64,000 bases of DNA, from positions 128,880-192,879 of the forward strand of contig MFEQ01000006.1 of the NCBI GenBank assembly GCA_001777665.1. Direction: 5' to 3'. Positions 48,261 through 57,497 of this stretch are shown piece after piece. A program made the position numbers and the translations under genes. The notes beneath the pieces are model-generated. The model was not told where the DNA came from and made no database searches. It was given only the letters and a program-made list of their open reading frames with translations. This DNA is from Candidatus Doudnabacteria bacterium RIFCSPHIGHO2_02_FULL_42_25 (GTDB taxonomy: Bacteria; Patescibacteriota; Doudnabacteria; UBA920; O2-02-FULL-48-8). Within the stretch, counting starts at the first letter, position 1. Every line of letters starts with the position of its first letter.

Positions 48261-49357
48261 TGTCCTGGTTCATATGATACCCTGCAATTGACTGGAAGAA
48301 ATTATGAGGGGCAGATACTCTGGTAGGACTATGACAACATATGGATATATCCTTCCTGGAGCAAGTAAGATTGCAAGATTAGCAACTAGTCTAAGCTCCA
48401 AAGCCAAACATCGAATTAAAGTCATTGACTGGTATAGAGCTCATGGCAAGAACAAAAGCTTAACAGCTAGGTATTTTGGAATGAACCGAGAGACATTGGA
48501 TATCTGGCTTGATCGGTTCAAGCTTCAAGGCATCAAAGGCTTGGAGGATCGATCGCATAGACCTAAACATTTAAGAACTACGAGCACGCCTTTGCCAGTC
48601 CAAGATGAAGTAGTCAAACTCAGAAAAGCTTTCCCGTATTACTCTAAATACAAAATCGTTCATTTGCTCTCAACGAAAATTAGTTCATCAACTGTCGGTA
48701 GGATATTAAAAAAGAAAGATTTAATTAATCCCAAAGTATCTAGAAAGAAAATTAAAGCAGCTAAGCACCCCAAGAAGCGATTTCCAAGGGAGTTAGTCGT
48801 AAATATGCCAGGAAAACTAATCCAAATTGATACTAAGCATCTGAGAACCTTTCAGGGAGTAAAGATCTACCAGTTCACGGCTATTGATGTTTTAACCAAA
48901 GTTCGAGTGCTTTGGGTGAGTACACATTTATCATCTGTCATGGCTGCAAAGTTCTTAAGGCACTGTGTTAGAAGTTTCCCCTTTAAGATCGAGAATATTC
49001 AAACAGACAATGGTTCAGAATTTAACAAACATTTTGACCGTTTGTGCCAGAAGCTTGGAAACACCCATTATTACATCGAGGCACACAGTCCCCAGCAGAA
49101 CAGCTACGTCGAACGCTCACACTTAACTGATGAGCTTGAGTTTTATCAGCAAGGTAACATGCATAATACTTTGGGCCAATTGCTTCCAAGGCTTAAGGCT
49201 TGGGAACATCAGTACAATCACCAAAGACCACATCAATCGCTCAACTACTTAACACCGATTCAGTATTTAAAAAAGTATCAAACTGAAACTTTAGCCACTA
49301 AAGATTACGTTGCATTACAAACTAACTAACTGTCGGATATCTATCTGAACCTAGACA
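48261..49357 (+). mobile_element. IS481-family insertion sequence
   Basis: TGT...ACA ends; imperfect IRs tgtcctggttcatatgata / tgtctaggttcagatagata; 5-bp DR GATAG at 48256-60 and 49358-62. Confidence 0.9.
48304..49329 (+). CDS. IS481-family DDE transposase
   Basis: HTH; GLEDRSHRP; QIDTK, QTDNGSEF, VERSH, YNHQRPHQSL. Confidence 0.93.
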   Translation: MRGRYSGRTMTTYGYILPGASKIARLATSLSSKAKHRIKVIDWYRAHGKNKSLTARYFGMNRETLDIWLDRFKLQGIKGLEDRSHRPKHLRTTSTPLPVQDEVVKLRKAFPYYSKYKIVHLLSTKISSSTVGRILKKKDLINPKVSRKKIKAAKHPKKRFPRELVVNMPGKLIQIDTKHLRTFQGVKIYQFTAIDVLTKVRVLWVSTHLSSVMAAKFLRHCVRSFPFKIENIQTDNGSEFNKHFDRLCQKLGNTHYYIEAHSPQQNSYVERSHLTDELEFYQQGNMHNTLGQLLPRLKAWEHQYNHQRPHQSLNYLTPIQYLKKYQTETLATKDYVALQTN

Positions 49358-49416
49358 GATAGCTTTTCAAAACAAAATAAGCTATGCTTACGGCTCAGAA
49401 CAGAGGAGGAGTCACC

Positions 49417-50337
49417 GTGAAAAAGCTGGTCCTGCTTGTACTGCTAACGACTGCTGTGGGTACTGCGCACGCACAGCTCATTCAACCCCGGACGATTACC
49501 AACATAGAGGACTTATCACGAATCGGCGCCGAGATGCCGACCAACACCGAAACCTACGACGTTTACAAGGTCGGGGGCCGCTACCAAATCTACTACTTTC
49601 AAGTATCCTCTTTCAGTACGATGCTGGATTACCTGGGCCGGGTATTGCTCTGGAGCGATCTCCAAACTACCCAACTCAAGGGTCTGGGGGACGGCGTCAT
49701 CAACCAGCTCGACGACTACAACCATGATGGCAAGCTGGACGAAAAGGATGTCCTCTACGCCGTACTCGTTATATGGGGCGCTCGAGGACAAGCCGCTGGA
49801 GTCACCTACGATCTTGCGCATACCATGAAAGCGTTCAATGCTTACCTCGCGGCAGGAAGGACACTCCAGGTCTCTATGAGTCGAGCAGAAAGGTCGTTTC
49901 TCTCTGACCTCGAACGCTTCGGTTTGATCAAAGAGATCAGTGGTCAGTACGAAGTCCTGAAGCCGGCGTCGATAGTCATGGTCCAGCCACTCAATTTTTT
50001 CCGCGATCTGGATCCGAAGTCGGTCATTCTCCACGAGCTGAATCATGCAGTGGTTTTCCAAGAGCCGCGGTTCCGTCAGGCCGTAGCCGAAATATGGAAA
50101 ACCATGTTGCCGGCCGAGCAGGCTGCTATCAAAGAGCGCCTAGGTCGTATCGGACTCAATGTCGAGAACTTTGAACTGCTGACTGAGGAATTCGCTGCCT
50201 ATGCGGAAGAGGGGTTTACTGACTCTGTTCTCAATTCGTTCGGAGAACTAAACCTCATAGTGCCTTCGGCAACCCTGACACGTTTACAGGGAGCAGTAGT
50301 ACAGGCACTTAAGACCTTCAACGCCTTCGGTCAATAA
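49417..50337 (+). CDS. Secreted HExxH metallopeptidase-like protein with Ca-loop (GC-rich)
   Basis: GGAGGAG RBS plus GTG; signal AHA; DYNHDGKLDEKD; LHELNH...EEFAA. Confidence 0.65.
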   Translation: MKKLVLLVLLTTAVGTAHAQLIQPRTITNIEDLSRIGAEMPTNTETYDVYKVGGRYQIYYFQVSSFSTMLDYLGRVLLWSDLQTTQLKGLGDGVINQLDDYNHDGKLDEKDVLYAVLVIWGARGQAAGVTYDLAHTMKAFNAYLAAGRTLQVSMSRAERSFLSDLERFGLIKEISGQYEVLKPASIVMVQPLNFFRDLDPKSVILHELNHAVVFQEPRFRQAVAEIWKTMLPAEQAAIKERLGRIGLNVENFELLTEEFAAYAEEGFTDSVLNSFGELNLIVPSATLTRLQGAVVQALKTFNAFGQ

Positions 50338-50456
50338 CGGATCTGCGTCTGAAAAATTCCTAGCCTGGATTCTTCGGACGTTTTTTTATTACTATTTTTC
50401 TGTTATACTTATGTCGTACAATATTGAGTTTTTCGTGATGTGCGAACATCTACTTT

Positions 50457-51422
50457 ATGCCAGAAACCAAATCAAAACTCCAAAGATATTACCAACAATT
50501 CCTGGAATATTTAGAAATCGAACGCAATCGATCGAAATTAACTTTGCGTAATTACGATCATTATCTGAAGCGCTTCGTAGATTTTTGCGCATCGCGCGGT
50601 GTAAATGATCCTGAAGATGTAGATTTAGAATTAGTTCGATCATTTCGACTTTTTTTAAACCGGATGACTGCCAAAGATAAGAATCTAAAAATCATTACCC
50701 AAAATTATCATCTCATTGCCCTACGCAGTTTTTTGAAATATTTAGCCAGACGTGATGTAAAATCTTTAACTGCCGAAAAAATTGAGTTACCTAAAACACC
50801 AGGCCGTACTGTGGAATTTCTGGATATCGATGACGTCGAGCGGCTCATCAAATCTACAGATGAAGAAAAAAGCAAACTCACTCGCCTACGCGACCGCGCA
50901 ATTTTGGAAATGCTTTTTTCCACCGGTCTTCGAATTTCCGAGCTAGTCAGCATTAAGAAAGACGGTTTGAACCTGAAAAGGGGGGAGTTTGCCGTCCGCG
51001 GCAAAGGCGACAAAATGCGTCTGGTCTTTCTCTCTCACAAGGCCATCGAATCACTGAATCAATACCTAAAAGAAAGAAAAGATAACTCAAAAGCCTTGTT
51101 TATCCGCCATGATGCCAAAGAATCAGTGGATAAACAAATGGAGTCAATGTCCGAATCCGCCAGCTGGCGGACTGGCTTAACACCCAGATCGATCCAGCGA
51201 ATTATAAAAAAATATGCGAAACTCGCTGGTATTACGAAAAAAATTACACCACATACTTTAAGACATTCCTTTGCGACAGATTTGCTAACCAATGGCGCTG
51301 ACCTGCGCTCGGTTCAAGAATTACTTGGCCACTCGTCTATTTCTACCACACAAATTTATACTCACCTTACAAATAAGCGTCTCCGCGACGTCTATGAAAA
51401 CTTCCACCGATTAGGCAAGTAG
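50457..51422 (+). CDS. Xer-type tyrosine recombinase
   Basis: RDRAILE..STGLRISE, VRGKG, TPHTLRHSFAT, LLGHSSISTTQIYTH. Confidence 0.93.
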   Translation: MPETKSKLQRYYQQFLEYLEIERNRSKLTLRNYDHYLKRFVDFCASRGVNDPEDVDLELVRSFRLFLNRMTAKDKNLKIITQNYHLIALRSFLKYLARRDVKSLTAEKIELPKTPGRTVEFLDIDDVERLIKSTDEEKSKLTRLRDRAILEMLFSTGLRISELVSIKKDGLNLKRGEFAVRGKGDKMRLVFLSHKAIESLNQYLKERKDNSKALFIRHDAKESVDKQMESMSESASWRTGLTPRSIQRIIKKYAKLAGITKKITPHTLRHSFATDLLTNGADLRSVQELLGHSSISTTQIYTHLTNKRLRDVYENFHRLGK

Positions 51423-51473
51423 GCTATACTGAAACCTACAAGACCTCACCCGAGGTCATTCACGGAGGCACTC

Positions 51474-51854
51474 ATGGTCGACACTCCCAGCGTCAGTCGC
51501 GCGGCAGCCGTGCAAAAAGTCGTGATCGTCAACGGCAACACCGAAGTGCTTGGAATGGTTGAGCCCATTCTGGAAGCCGGTCGCTACGACATGGTGTTCG
51601 TGGAAACCGATGAACATGCCTATTCGCAGATCAAAAAACAGCTACCGAGTCTCGTCATCCTCTGCACCCGCATCGAGCACCTCGACGGTTTCCAGCTCCT
51701 GACTATGCTCAAACTCGATCCTGCGACTAAGGACATCCCAGTTCTGACCTGCACCACCGAGCATGAGGGCCAGGACTTCGACACCGCCATTAGCCAACTG
51801 GCTGACGAAGAGGAAGACACAATCCCGAGTCAGCCAGCGCTGCGAATGAATTAG
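51474..51854 (+). CDS. Atypical single-domain receiver protein (GC-rich)
   Basis: PSLVILC...DGFQLL..LK..PATKDIPV; phospho-Asp replaced by Cys. Confidence 0.7.
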   Translation: MVDTPSVSRAAAVQKVVIVNGNTEVLGMVEPILEAGRYDMVFVETDEHAYSQIKKQLPSLVILCTRIEHLDGFQLLTMLKLDPATKDIPVLTCTTEHEGQDFDTAISQLADEEEDTIPSQPALRMN

Positions 51855-52084
51855 GGGGCCTATGAGACCCCAACCACAAGCCAGCTGGGCACTTTTCTGC
51901 CCACTGGCTATTCTTTTGGACTTTCAACCACTAATTTATAATATATAGGTAAGATAATTTGTAATATGAAAGGCTACAAAATGAGGGCAATTTGTCTTTC
52001 TTGCCACGTCCAAAAATTAACCATTTGTTCACGATCGTATATTAATGGTTAAAAACCAGAATACTCCGACGCTACGGATCGGAG

Positions 52085-52267
52085 TTATTTTTGCTTCGCA
52101 AAAATAACAAAAGCGCCGGGGACTATGCTGGGAAGAATAGTCCTCGAATTTTGGCCGCGTCGCTGAAAAGGACGAATAGCTTCTACGACTTTGTCACGCG
52201 AGATTTCGATGTCATCGAGATGGGTATTAGGAAACGCCGACTCGAGTACATGTGTCCAATCAGCCAT
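52085..52267 (-). CDS. Hypothetical small protein (GC-rich)
   Basis: AGGAGG RBS. Confidence 0.45.
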   Translation of the reverse strand: MADWTHVLESAFPNTHLDDIEISRDKVVEAIRPFQRRGQNSRTILPSIVPGAFVIFAKQK

Positions 52268-52349
52268 GGTATTCCTCCTTTTGGACTGATTCCTTATAAA
52301 AGTCTAGTACCAGATTGAAACCTTGTCTAGGGTCAGTTACAATAATGGC

Positions 52350-52994
52350 ATGAGTTTAAAAACTTATCACAAAAAACGAAAATTTAACGAGACACCGGAA
52401 CCAAAAGGTAGAGCTGTTAAAACAGCAAAGGCTTTACACTTTGTAATCCAAAAACACGAAGCAACTCGGCTGCATTATGATTTTCGGCTCGAGCACCGAG
52501 GCGTACTTTTGAGTTGGGCCGTACCGAAAGGTCCAGCTTTAAGAGTAGAGGATAAAAGATTGGCTATGATGGTCGAGGATCATCCGGTCGACTATATGAA
52601 ATTTGAAGGCACGATTCCAGAAGGGAATTATGGCGCTGGGACCGTCATGGTTTGGGATTTTGGGAATTATTTAGCGCTTGGAGCGGATTCATTAGCAGAA
52701 AGCGAAAAATTGATCAAAGCCGGGCTGAAAAAAGGAGAATTGAAATTTATATTGAATGGCAAAAAACTTCAGGGCGGATTTGCATTGATCAAAACTAAAT
52801 TTGGCGGAGCCAAAAATTCTTGGCTCCTGATCAAAGAAAAAGATCAGTATGTCAAAAATGTTGATGTGACAAAGAAAGCTAGGTCAGCACTAACTGGGAA
52901 ATCTATGACGCAGATATCTAAAGGCGATAGAATCTGGAAAAGCAATAAGAAAAAGCGTCTTAAGTTTATCGGCAGCGCCACGCGTATCGGTTAA
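52350..52994 (+). CDS. LigD 3'-phosphoesterase domain protein
   Basis: FVIQKHEATRLHYDFRLE, SWAVPKGP, RLAMMVEDHP, GNYGAGTV. Confidence 0.95.
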   Translation: MSLKTYHKKRKFNETPEPKGRAVKTAKALHFVIQKHEATRLHYDFRLEHRGVLLSWAVPKGPALRVEDKRLAMMVEDHPVDYMKFEGTIPEGNYGAGTVMVWDFGNYLALGADSLAESEKLIKAGLKKGELKFILNGKKLQGGFALIKTKFGGAKNSWLLIKEKDQYVKNVDVTKKARSALTGKSMTQISKGDRIWKSNKKKRLKFIGSATRIG

Positions 52995-53040
52995 CGTAAG
53001 ACGATACGCGCAGCGCCGACGAATAACGATTAACGCATTT

Positions 53041-53961
53041 ATGCGATATATCAAACCCATGCTAGCAACTTTAGTCAAAGAACCCTTCAATCGTGAGGGG
53101 TGGATTTTTGAGATCAAATGGGATGGCTTCCGTGCAGTTGCTGATATTAATCGCTCCGAAGTTCGGCTTTATTCCAGAAATTTTTTAAATTTTAACGAAA
53201 AGTTTCAGCCAATTGTCCAAGCTTTGCAAAAACTCAAACTCCAGGCAATTTTTGACGGTGAAGTTGTCGTCCTCGACAAACGCGGCAAATCGCATTTCCA
53301 GCTGCTTCAAAATTTTCAGGAAACAGGGGAGGGACAACTAACCTATTACGTCTTTGACATTTTAAGCTTGAATGGTAAAAATCTGATGACCACTCCCCTC
53401 CTGGAACGAAAAAAAATTTTGAAGAAAATTTTGCCCAAAAATAAGCTAATTAAGTACTCGGATCACATAGAAAAAAACGGGATTAATTTTTTCAAAATTG
53501 CGAAGAAAAGTGGGTTGGAAGGAATCATAGCCAAAGAAGCTTCAAGTCCCTATCGACCTGGAAAACGAACCCTAGAATGGCAAAAAATCAAGGTTCACAT
53601 GCAGCAAGAAGCTGTTATAGCTGGCTTTACCGAACCCCGGGGTGGTCGCAAAAAATTCGGAGCTCTAGTTTTAGGAGTTTATAACAGAGACAAATTAGTT
53701 TATATCGGTCATACTGGTGGTGGCTTTAATGAAGAAAGTTTAAATCTGATTTACAATAAGCTGAAACCGATAGTGCAGAAGCGATCCCCTTTTGATGTAG
53801 CTCCCAAAACCAATACCCCGGTAACCTGGGTCAAACCCAAATTAGTCTGTGAGATTACTTTCAGTGAATGGACCTCTGATGGGCACATGCGACAACCGAT
53901 TTTCCTCGGGATTCGACCAGATAAAAGTCCAAAAGAAGTAAAACGAGAAAGACCAATATGA
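53041..53961 (+). CDS. LigD ATP-dependent DNA ligase domain protein
   Basis: EIKWDGFR, DGEVV, VFDIL, GLEGIIAK, OB fold. Confidence 0.95.
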   Translation: MRYIKPMLATLVKEPFNREGWIFEIKWDGFRAVADINRSEVRLYSRNFLNFNEKFQPIVQALQKLKLQAIFDGEVVVLDKRGKSHFQLLQNFQETGEGQLTYYVFDILSLNGKNLMTTPLLERKKILKKILPKNKLIKYSDHIEKNGINFFKIAKKSGLEGIIAKEASSPYRPGKRTLEWQKIKVHMQQEAVIAGFTEPRGGRKKFGALVLGVYNRDKLVYIGHTGGGFNEESLNLIYNKLKPIVQKRSPFDVAPKTNTPVTWVKPKLVCEITFSEWTSDGHMRQPIFLGIRPDKSPKEVKRERPI

Positions 53962-54845
53962 AAAAAGAAGTAAAATTATCCAATCTTAAGAAAATTTTTT
54001 GGCCAAAAGAAAAAATTACTAAGGGTGATGTGATTAATTATTATGAAAAAATATCTCCTTACATCCTCCCCTACCTCAAAGACCGACCAGAGTCCCTAAA
54101 TCGTCATCCAAATGGAATTAATGGAGGAAGTTTTTTTCAAAAAGACGTAGACCACATGCCACCGGCTTGGGTTAAAACCCAAAAGGTGTTTTCAGAGTCC
54201 ACAGATTCCGATATTAATTATCTGGTCTGCAATGATAAAGAAACCTTACTTTACATGGCCAATTTGGGTTGCATCGAAATCAATCCCTGGTTTTCTACAA
54301 CCAAACATTTAGAAAAACCGGATTATGCAGTGCTAGATTTAGACCCGGAAGAAATTGGGTTCGACAAAGTTATCGAGGTCGCACAGGCCACGCATAATAT
54401 TTTAGAAAAGTTAAAAGTCCTCAATTATTGCAAAACGTCAGGAGCCACTGGACTTCATATCTATATTCCACTGGGTGCGAAATATTCTTATGAACAAGCA
54501 AAACACTTCATCCAACTAATCGCAGCCCTCGTAAATAAAAAACTACCGGACATTACCAGTTTGGAGCGAAGGCCAGCTAACCGAAAGAAGAAAATCTATT
54601 TGGATTATTTACAGAATCGTAAAGGACAAACATTAGCAGCTCCTTATAGCTTGCGCCCGAAGCCTGGTGCTCCTGTGGCTACTCCCTTAGAATGGAGGGA
54701 AGTCAAAAAAGGATTGAAGCCCACAGATTTTCATATCAAAAATATTTTTACTCGATTAAACAAAAAAGGTGATCTGTTCAAGCCTGTGCTGGGCAAAGGC
54801 ATTGACCTATCGACCACCCTTAAGCGAATAGAGAAACTAAGCTAG
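53958..54845 (+). CDS. LigD polymerase/primase (AEP) domain protein
   Basis: RHPNG, FFQK, LDLDP, KTSGATGLH, DYLQN..GQT..APYS.R. Confidence 0.95.
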   Translation: MKKEVKLSNLKKIFWPKEKITKGDVINYYEKISPYILPYLKDRPESLNRHPNGINGGSFFQKDVDHMPPAWVKTQKVFSESTDSDINYLVCNDKETLLYMANLGCIEINPWFSTTKHLEKPDYAVLDLDPEEIGFDKVIEVAQATHNILEKLKVLNYCKTSGATGLHIYIPLGAKYSYEQAKHFIQLIAALVNKKLPDITSLERRPANRKKKIYLDYLQNRKGQTLAAPYSLRPKPGAPVATPLEWREVKKGLKPTDFHIKNIFTRLNKKGDLFKPVLGKGIDLSTTLKRIEKLS

Positions 54846-54846
54846 A

Positions 54847-55935
54847 TTACTGTACGGTGACTTTTATACTATAGTTTTTAGATGATTGGTTTGCAACCGA
54901 ATACGGAGTAAACACAAACGATTGATCTGCTTTAAACGAGATCGTTTTGCTGTTGCCTGGAGCGACAAGACCTGAATTCACTACCGAGCTTCTGAAATCC
55001 AATCCCGAGCTCATACTCTCATGAACTTTGAAAGTAACTTGTACTATCGCATCTTTCGTTACGGTAATTTCACCAGGATTAGAAGCCACATCATCAGCTG
55101 TGATGGTAAAACTCTGAATCGCTGGTGGCGGTGGAGTAGTGGTTGTAGTCGTGGTCGTTATACTCGCCGCTTGAACAGAAGAGCTAGCTTCAGCTTTTGA
55201 GAATTTGAAAGTTGAGAGAATCCCGACAAAATCTGTAGCGGCTGTGAGCTCGCCATAATTTGCTCCACCGTAACCTTTCGAATAACCGTCAACGAATACA
55301 TCATAGTTTGCTCCAGCGATATATGCATACTTCGCAGGACCGCCTTCACCATTACACGAAACAGCTCTCACGCTTACGACATCAGGATTTGTCACTGTCT
55401 CGAGTTTGCACTCTACCGCAACTTCTATCCCCTGTTGGGCCGGTTGTGGGTTACTGGCAGCTGTGTAAACGCCGTTGAAATAATCTTGCGCGTCTTTTTT
55501 GATTGTCGCGTCTTTCAAAACTACGAGCACTAATGGTCCGACATGGAAACCATGAACTGGTGCTTGAAAGGTTCCAAGTACAGAATTATCAGAAATAGCT
55601 CCGGCTTGTAAATTGGTCGGGTGTCGAAGACTGAAAACGTGCTTCTCATTCTCGTAAACTTTCCAACCTGTGGTAGAAACTGCAGGCGCTTCTTCCTCCT
55701 GTACTGGAGGAGTTGGTGGAGGTGTTGTAGGCGAATTTAGAGTTTGGGTATTATCTTGCTCCACTTGCAGCGGTTCGACTCTTTGATTTAAAATATAAAA
55801 TCCAAAACCCAAAGCTAACGCAGCAACCACTAACATAGTTAGTAAAACCTTGGTTCCTTTTTTCATAGTAGATGATGGTCTTAATGGTGTATCTAAAATC
55901 CTATTTTGTATCTTTGTAGGGACTTTTCTAGGCAT
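54847..55935 (-). CDS. Membrane-anchored surface protein with Pro/Thr linkers
   Basis: Single N-terminal TM; TGWKVYEN..FSL..P motif; C-terminal beta-sandwich. Confidence 0.65.
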   Translation of the reverse strand: MPRKVPTKIQNRILDTPLRPSSTMKKGTKVLLTMLVVAALALGFGFYILNQRVEPLQVEQDNTQTLNSPTTPPPTPPVQEEEAPAVSTTGWKVYENEKHVFSLRHPTNLQAGAISDNSVLGTFQAPVHGFHVGPLVLVVLKDATIKKDAQDYFNGVYTAASNPQPAQQGIEVAVECKLETVTNPDVVSVRAVSCNGEGGPAKYAYIAGANYDVFVDGYSKGYGGANYGELTAATDFVGILSTFKFSKAEASSSVQAASITTTTTTTTPPPPAIQSFTITADDVASNPGEITVTKDAIVQVTFKVHESMSSGLDFRSSVVNSGLVAPGNSKTISFKADQSFVFTPYSVANQSSKNYSIKVTVQ

Positions 55936-56009
55936 TTTATTTTAGCGAAACTCTAATATTATTGTTACTTCCAGATATTAGCACAAAAAAAACCACCAAG
56001 CCATTGCTC

Positions 56010-56153
56010 TTAGTGGTATTGTCGACTTGTGCCTATTCGTCCGCAATTGTCACAGACGTATAACCCCAATACTATTCGATACCAGGGCCGTCCGTTGCCA
56101 CAACGCGGACACTTCTTCGGCTTGTCGTCCTTAACCATACAGTGCTCTCCCAT
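56010..56153 (-). CDS. 47-aa zinc-ribbon protein downstream of purS
   Basis: AGGAGG RBS; MGEHCMVKDDKPKKCPRCGNG...YVCDNCGRIG. Confidence 0.6.
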   Translation of the reverse strand: MGEHCMVKDDKPKKCPRCGNGRPWYRIVLGLYVCDNCGRIGTSRQYH

Positions 56154-56161
56154 CACGCCTC

Positions 56162-56437
56162 CTACAAAGGTTCAATCCGTTGGATTATGAATTCCTCGTA
56201 CACGGGGTTGGCCAGCAGCTTTCTGGCTAGAACAGGCGCTCGCCCCTTGGCTTGGCGGAGGGTCACGTTTTCAAGATCGACTTGGAAGTACTTTCCTGTC
56301 GTGACTGATGTGACAGGGAGCCCTAGATCGCAAAGCTGTTCCTTCTTCGCAGCTCCTTCCGGGTTCGGTATGTGTCCTTTGTGCTTGACGAGTATTTCTA
56401 CTCGCACCTTCGCGAACTTCTGAGCATTGATCCGCAT
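56162..56437 (-). CDS. purS: Phosphoribosylformylglycinamidine synthase PurS subunit
   Basis: PNPEG, VTTGKYF, KLLANPVYEEF. Confidence 0.8.
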   Translation of the reverse strand: MRINAQKFAKVRVEILVKHKGHIPNPEGAAKKEQLCDLGLPVTSVTTGKYFQVDLENVTLRQAKGRAPVLARKLLANPVYEEFIIQRIEPL

Positions 56438-56515
56438 GGTTCCTCCCGGTTTTGGTTTTCATAGCAGTATAACAAAAAACTCCCCTTTCGGGGAGTGCTT
56501 TGAAATGCCCAAAAA

Positions 56516-56758
56516 TTACATACTTGCCGAGTGATCGTGGCCCATGTGACTCATTTCACCACGACATTCTTTACAGCGCATACCATGAGTAGCAATTTCA
56601 TAAATCGCTGATAGTGCCACCAGCGCATAAACAGTTCGAACTAAACCAGACGGTAGACCCCATTGGGCGACATCCCAGTTAAAAAGATACAGTCCCCAAT
56701 TCAAAGCTCCGATCATTGCTAAGGTAAAAGTCACGGTATGTAAACCTCGAATATGCAT
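56516..56758 (-). CDS. DUF378 family small membrane protein
   Basis: IGALNWGL, VYALVALSAIY. Confidence 0.85.
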   Translation of the reverse strand: MHIRGLHTVTFTLAMIGALNWGLYLFNWDVAQWGLPSGLVRTVYALVALSAIYEIATHGMRCKECRGEMSHMGHDHSASM

Positions 56759-56883
56759 ATTTTATTCCTTTATTTAATGCTTAACGTAAGCATATGCCTA
56801 AAAAATTCGTTTGTAAAATACCCGAGTAATTGGTAATCTATAAGGCTTGGTTCCCTTCACTTTCAACTCGGAGGAGTTTAAAA

Positions 56884-57492
56884 ATGGCTAATAAGAAGCG
56901 GCTGGGTATTCTGATCTCTGGTCGCGGGAGCAACATGGTTAACATCGCTCGGAAAGTTGAGTCCGGCATCATTGATGCCAAAGTCTCTATCGTCATCTCA
57001 GACGTCGCTGAAGCTCCAGGGCTTGATCTGGCAAAAGGGTTGGGTCTCAAAACCCTCCACCTCTCCCCGAAAGGCATGCCAAAACTCGACTACGACAATC
57101 TACTCGCCGGCACACTTCTCGAGTATGAAGTGAATATCGTGATCCTTGCCGGCTTCATGCGCTTGGTCAAAGAACCGTTGCTGGCGGCTTTTCGCAACGA
57201 CATCTTGAACATCCACCCTTCTCTACTTCCGTCGTTTCCAGGACTGCACGCTCATCGCGACGTTCTCGCACACGGTGCGAAAGTCTCCGGGTGCACAGTT
57301 CATCTGGTCAACAACAAGACTGATGACGGTCCGATCATCGTCCAGCGCACCTGTCCGGTATGGGACACTGACACGGAAGAAACTTTGGCAGCGCGGGTAC
57401 TGGAACAGGAACACATTGCCTTTCCAGAGGCAATCAACATTCATCTCGCTGGCAAATGGATGATCAACGGCCGGCGTTTCGTGAGAGGATAA
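56884..57492 (+). CDS. purN: Phosphoribosylglycinamide formyltransferase
   Basis: LISGRGSNM, LAGFMR, NIHPSLLPSFPG, SGCTVH, DDGPII; start ATG 56884. Confidence 0.95.
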   Translation: MANKKRLGILISGRGSNMVNIARKVESGIIDAKVSIVISDVAEAPGLDLAKGLGLKTLHLSPKGMPKLDYDNLLAGTLLEYEVNIVILAGFMRLVKEPLLAAFRNDILNIHPSLLPSFPGLHAHRDVLAHGAKVSGCTVHLVNNKTDDGPIIVQRTCPVWDTDTEETLAARVLEQEHIAFPEAINIHLAGKWMINGRRFVRG

Positions 57493-57497
57493 ACGAC

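Noticed and set aside
50457-51422. Integron integrase mobilising the GC-rich cassettes
   Set aside because: It looks like a housekeeping Xer recombinase, lacks an obvious IntI-specific insertion, and no attC-type RYYYAAC...GTTRRRY boundaries were recognised at the cassettes.
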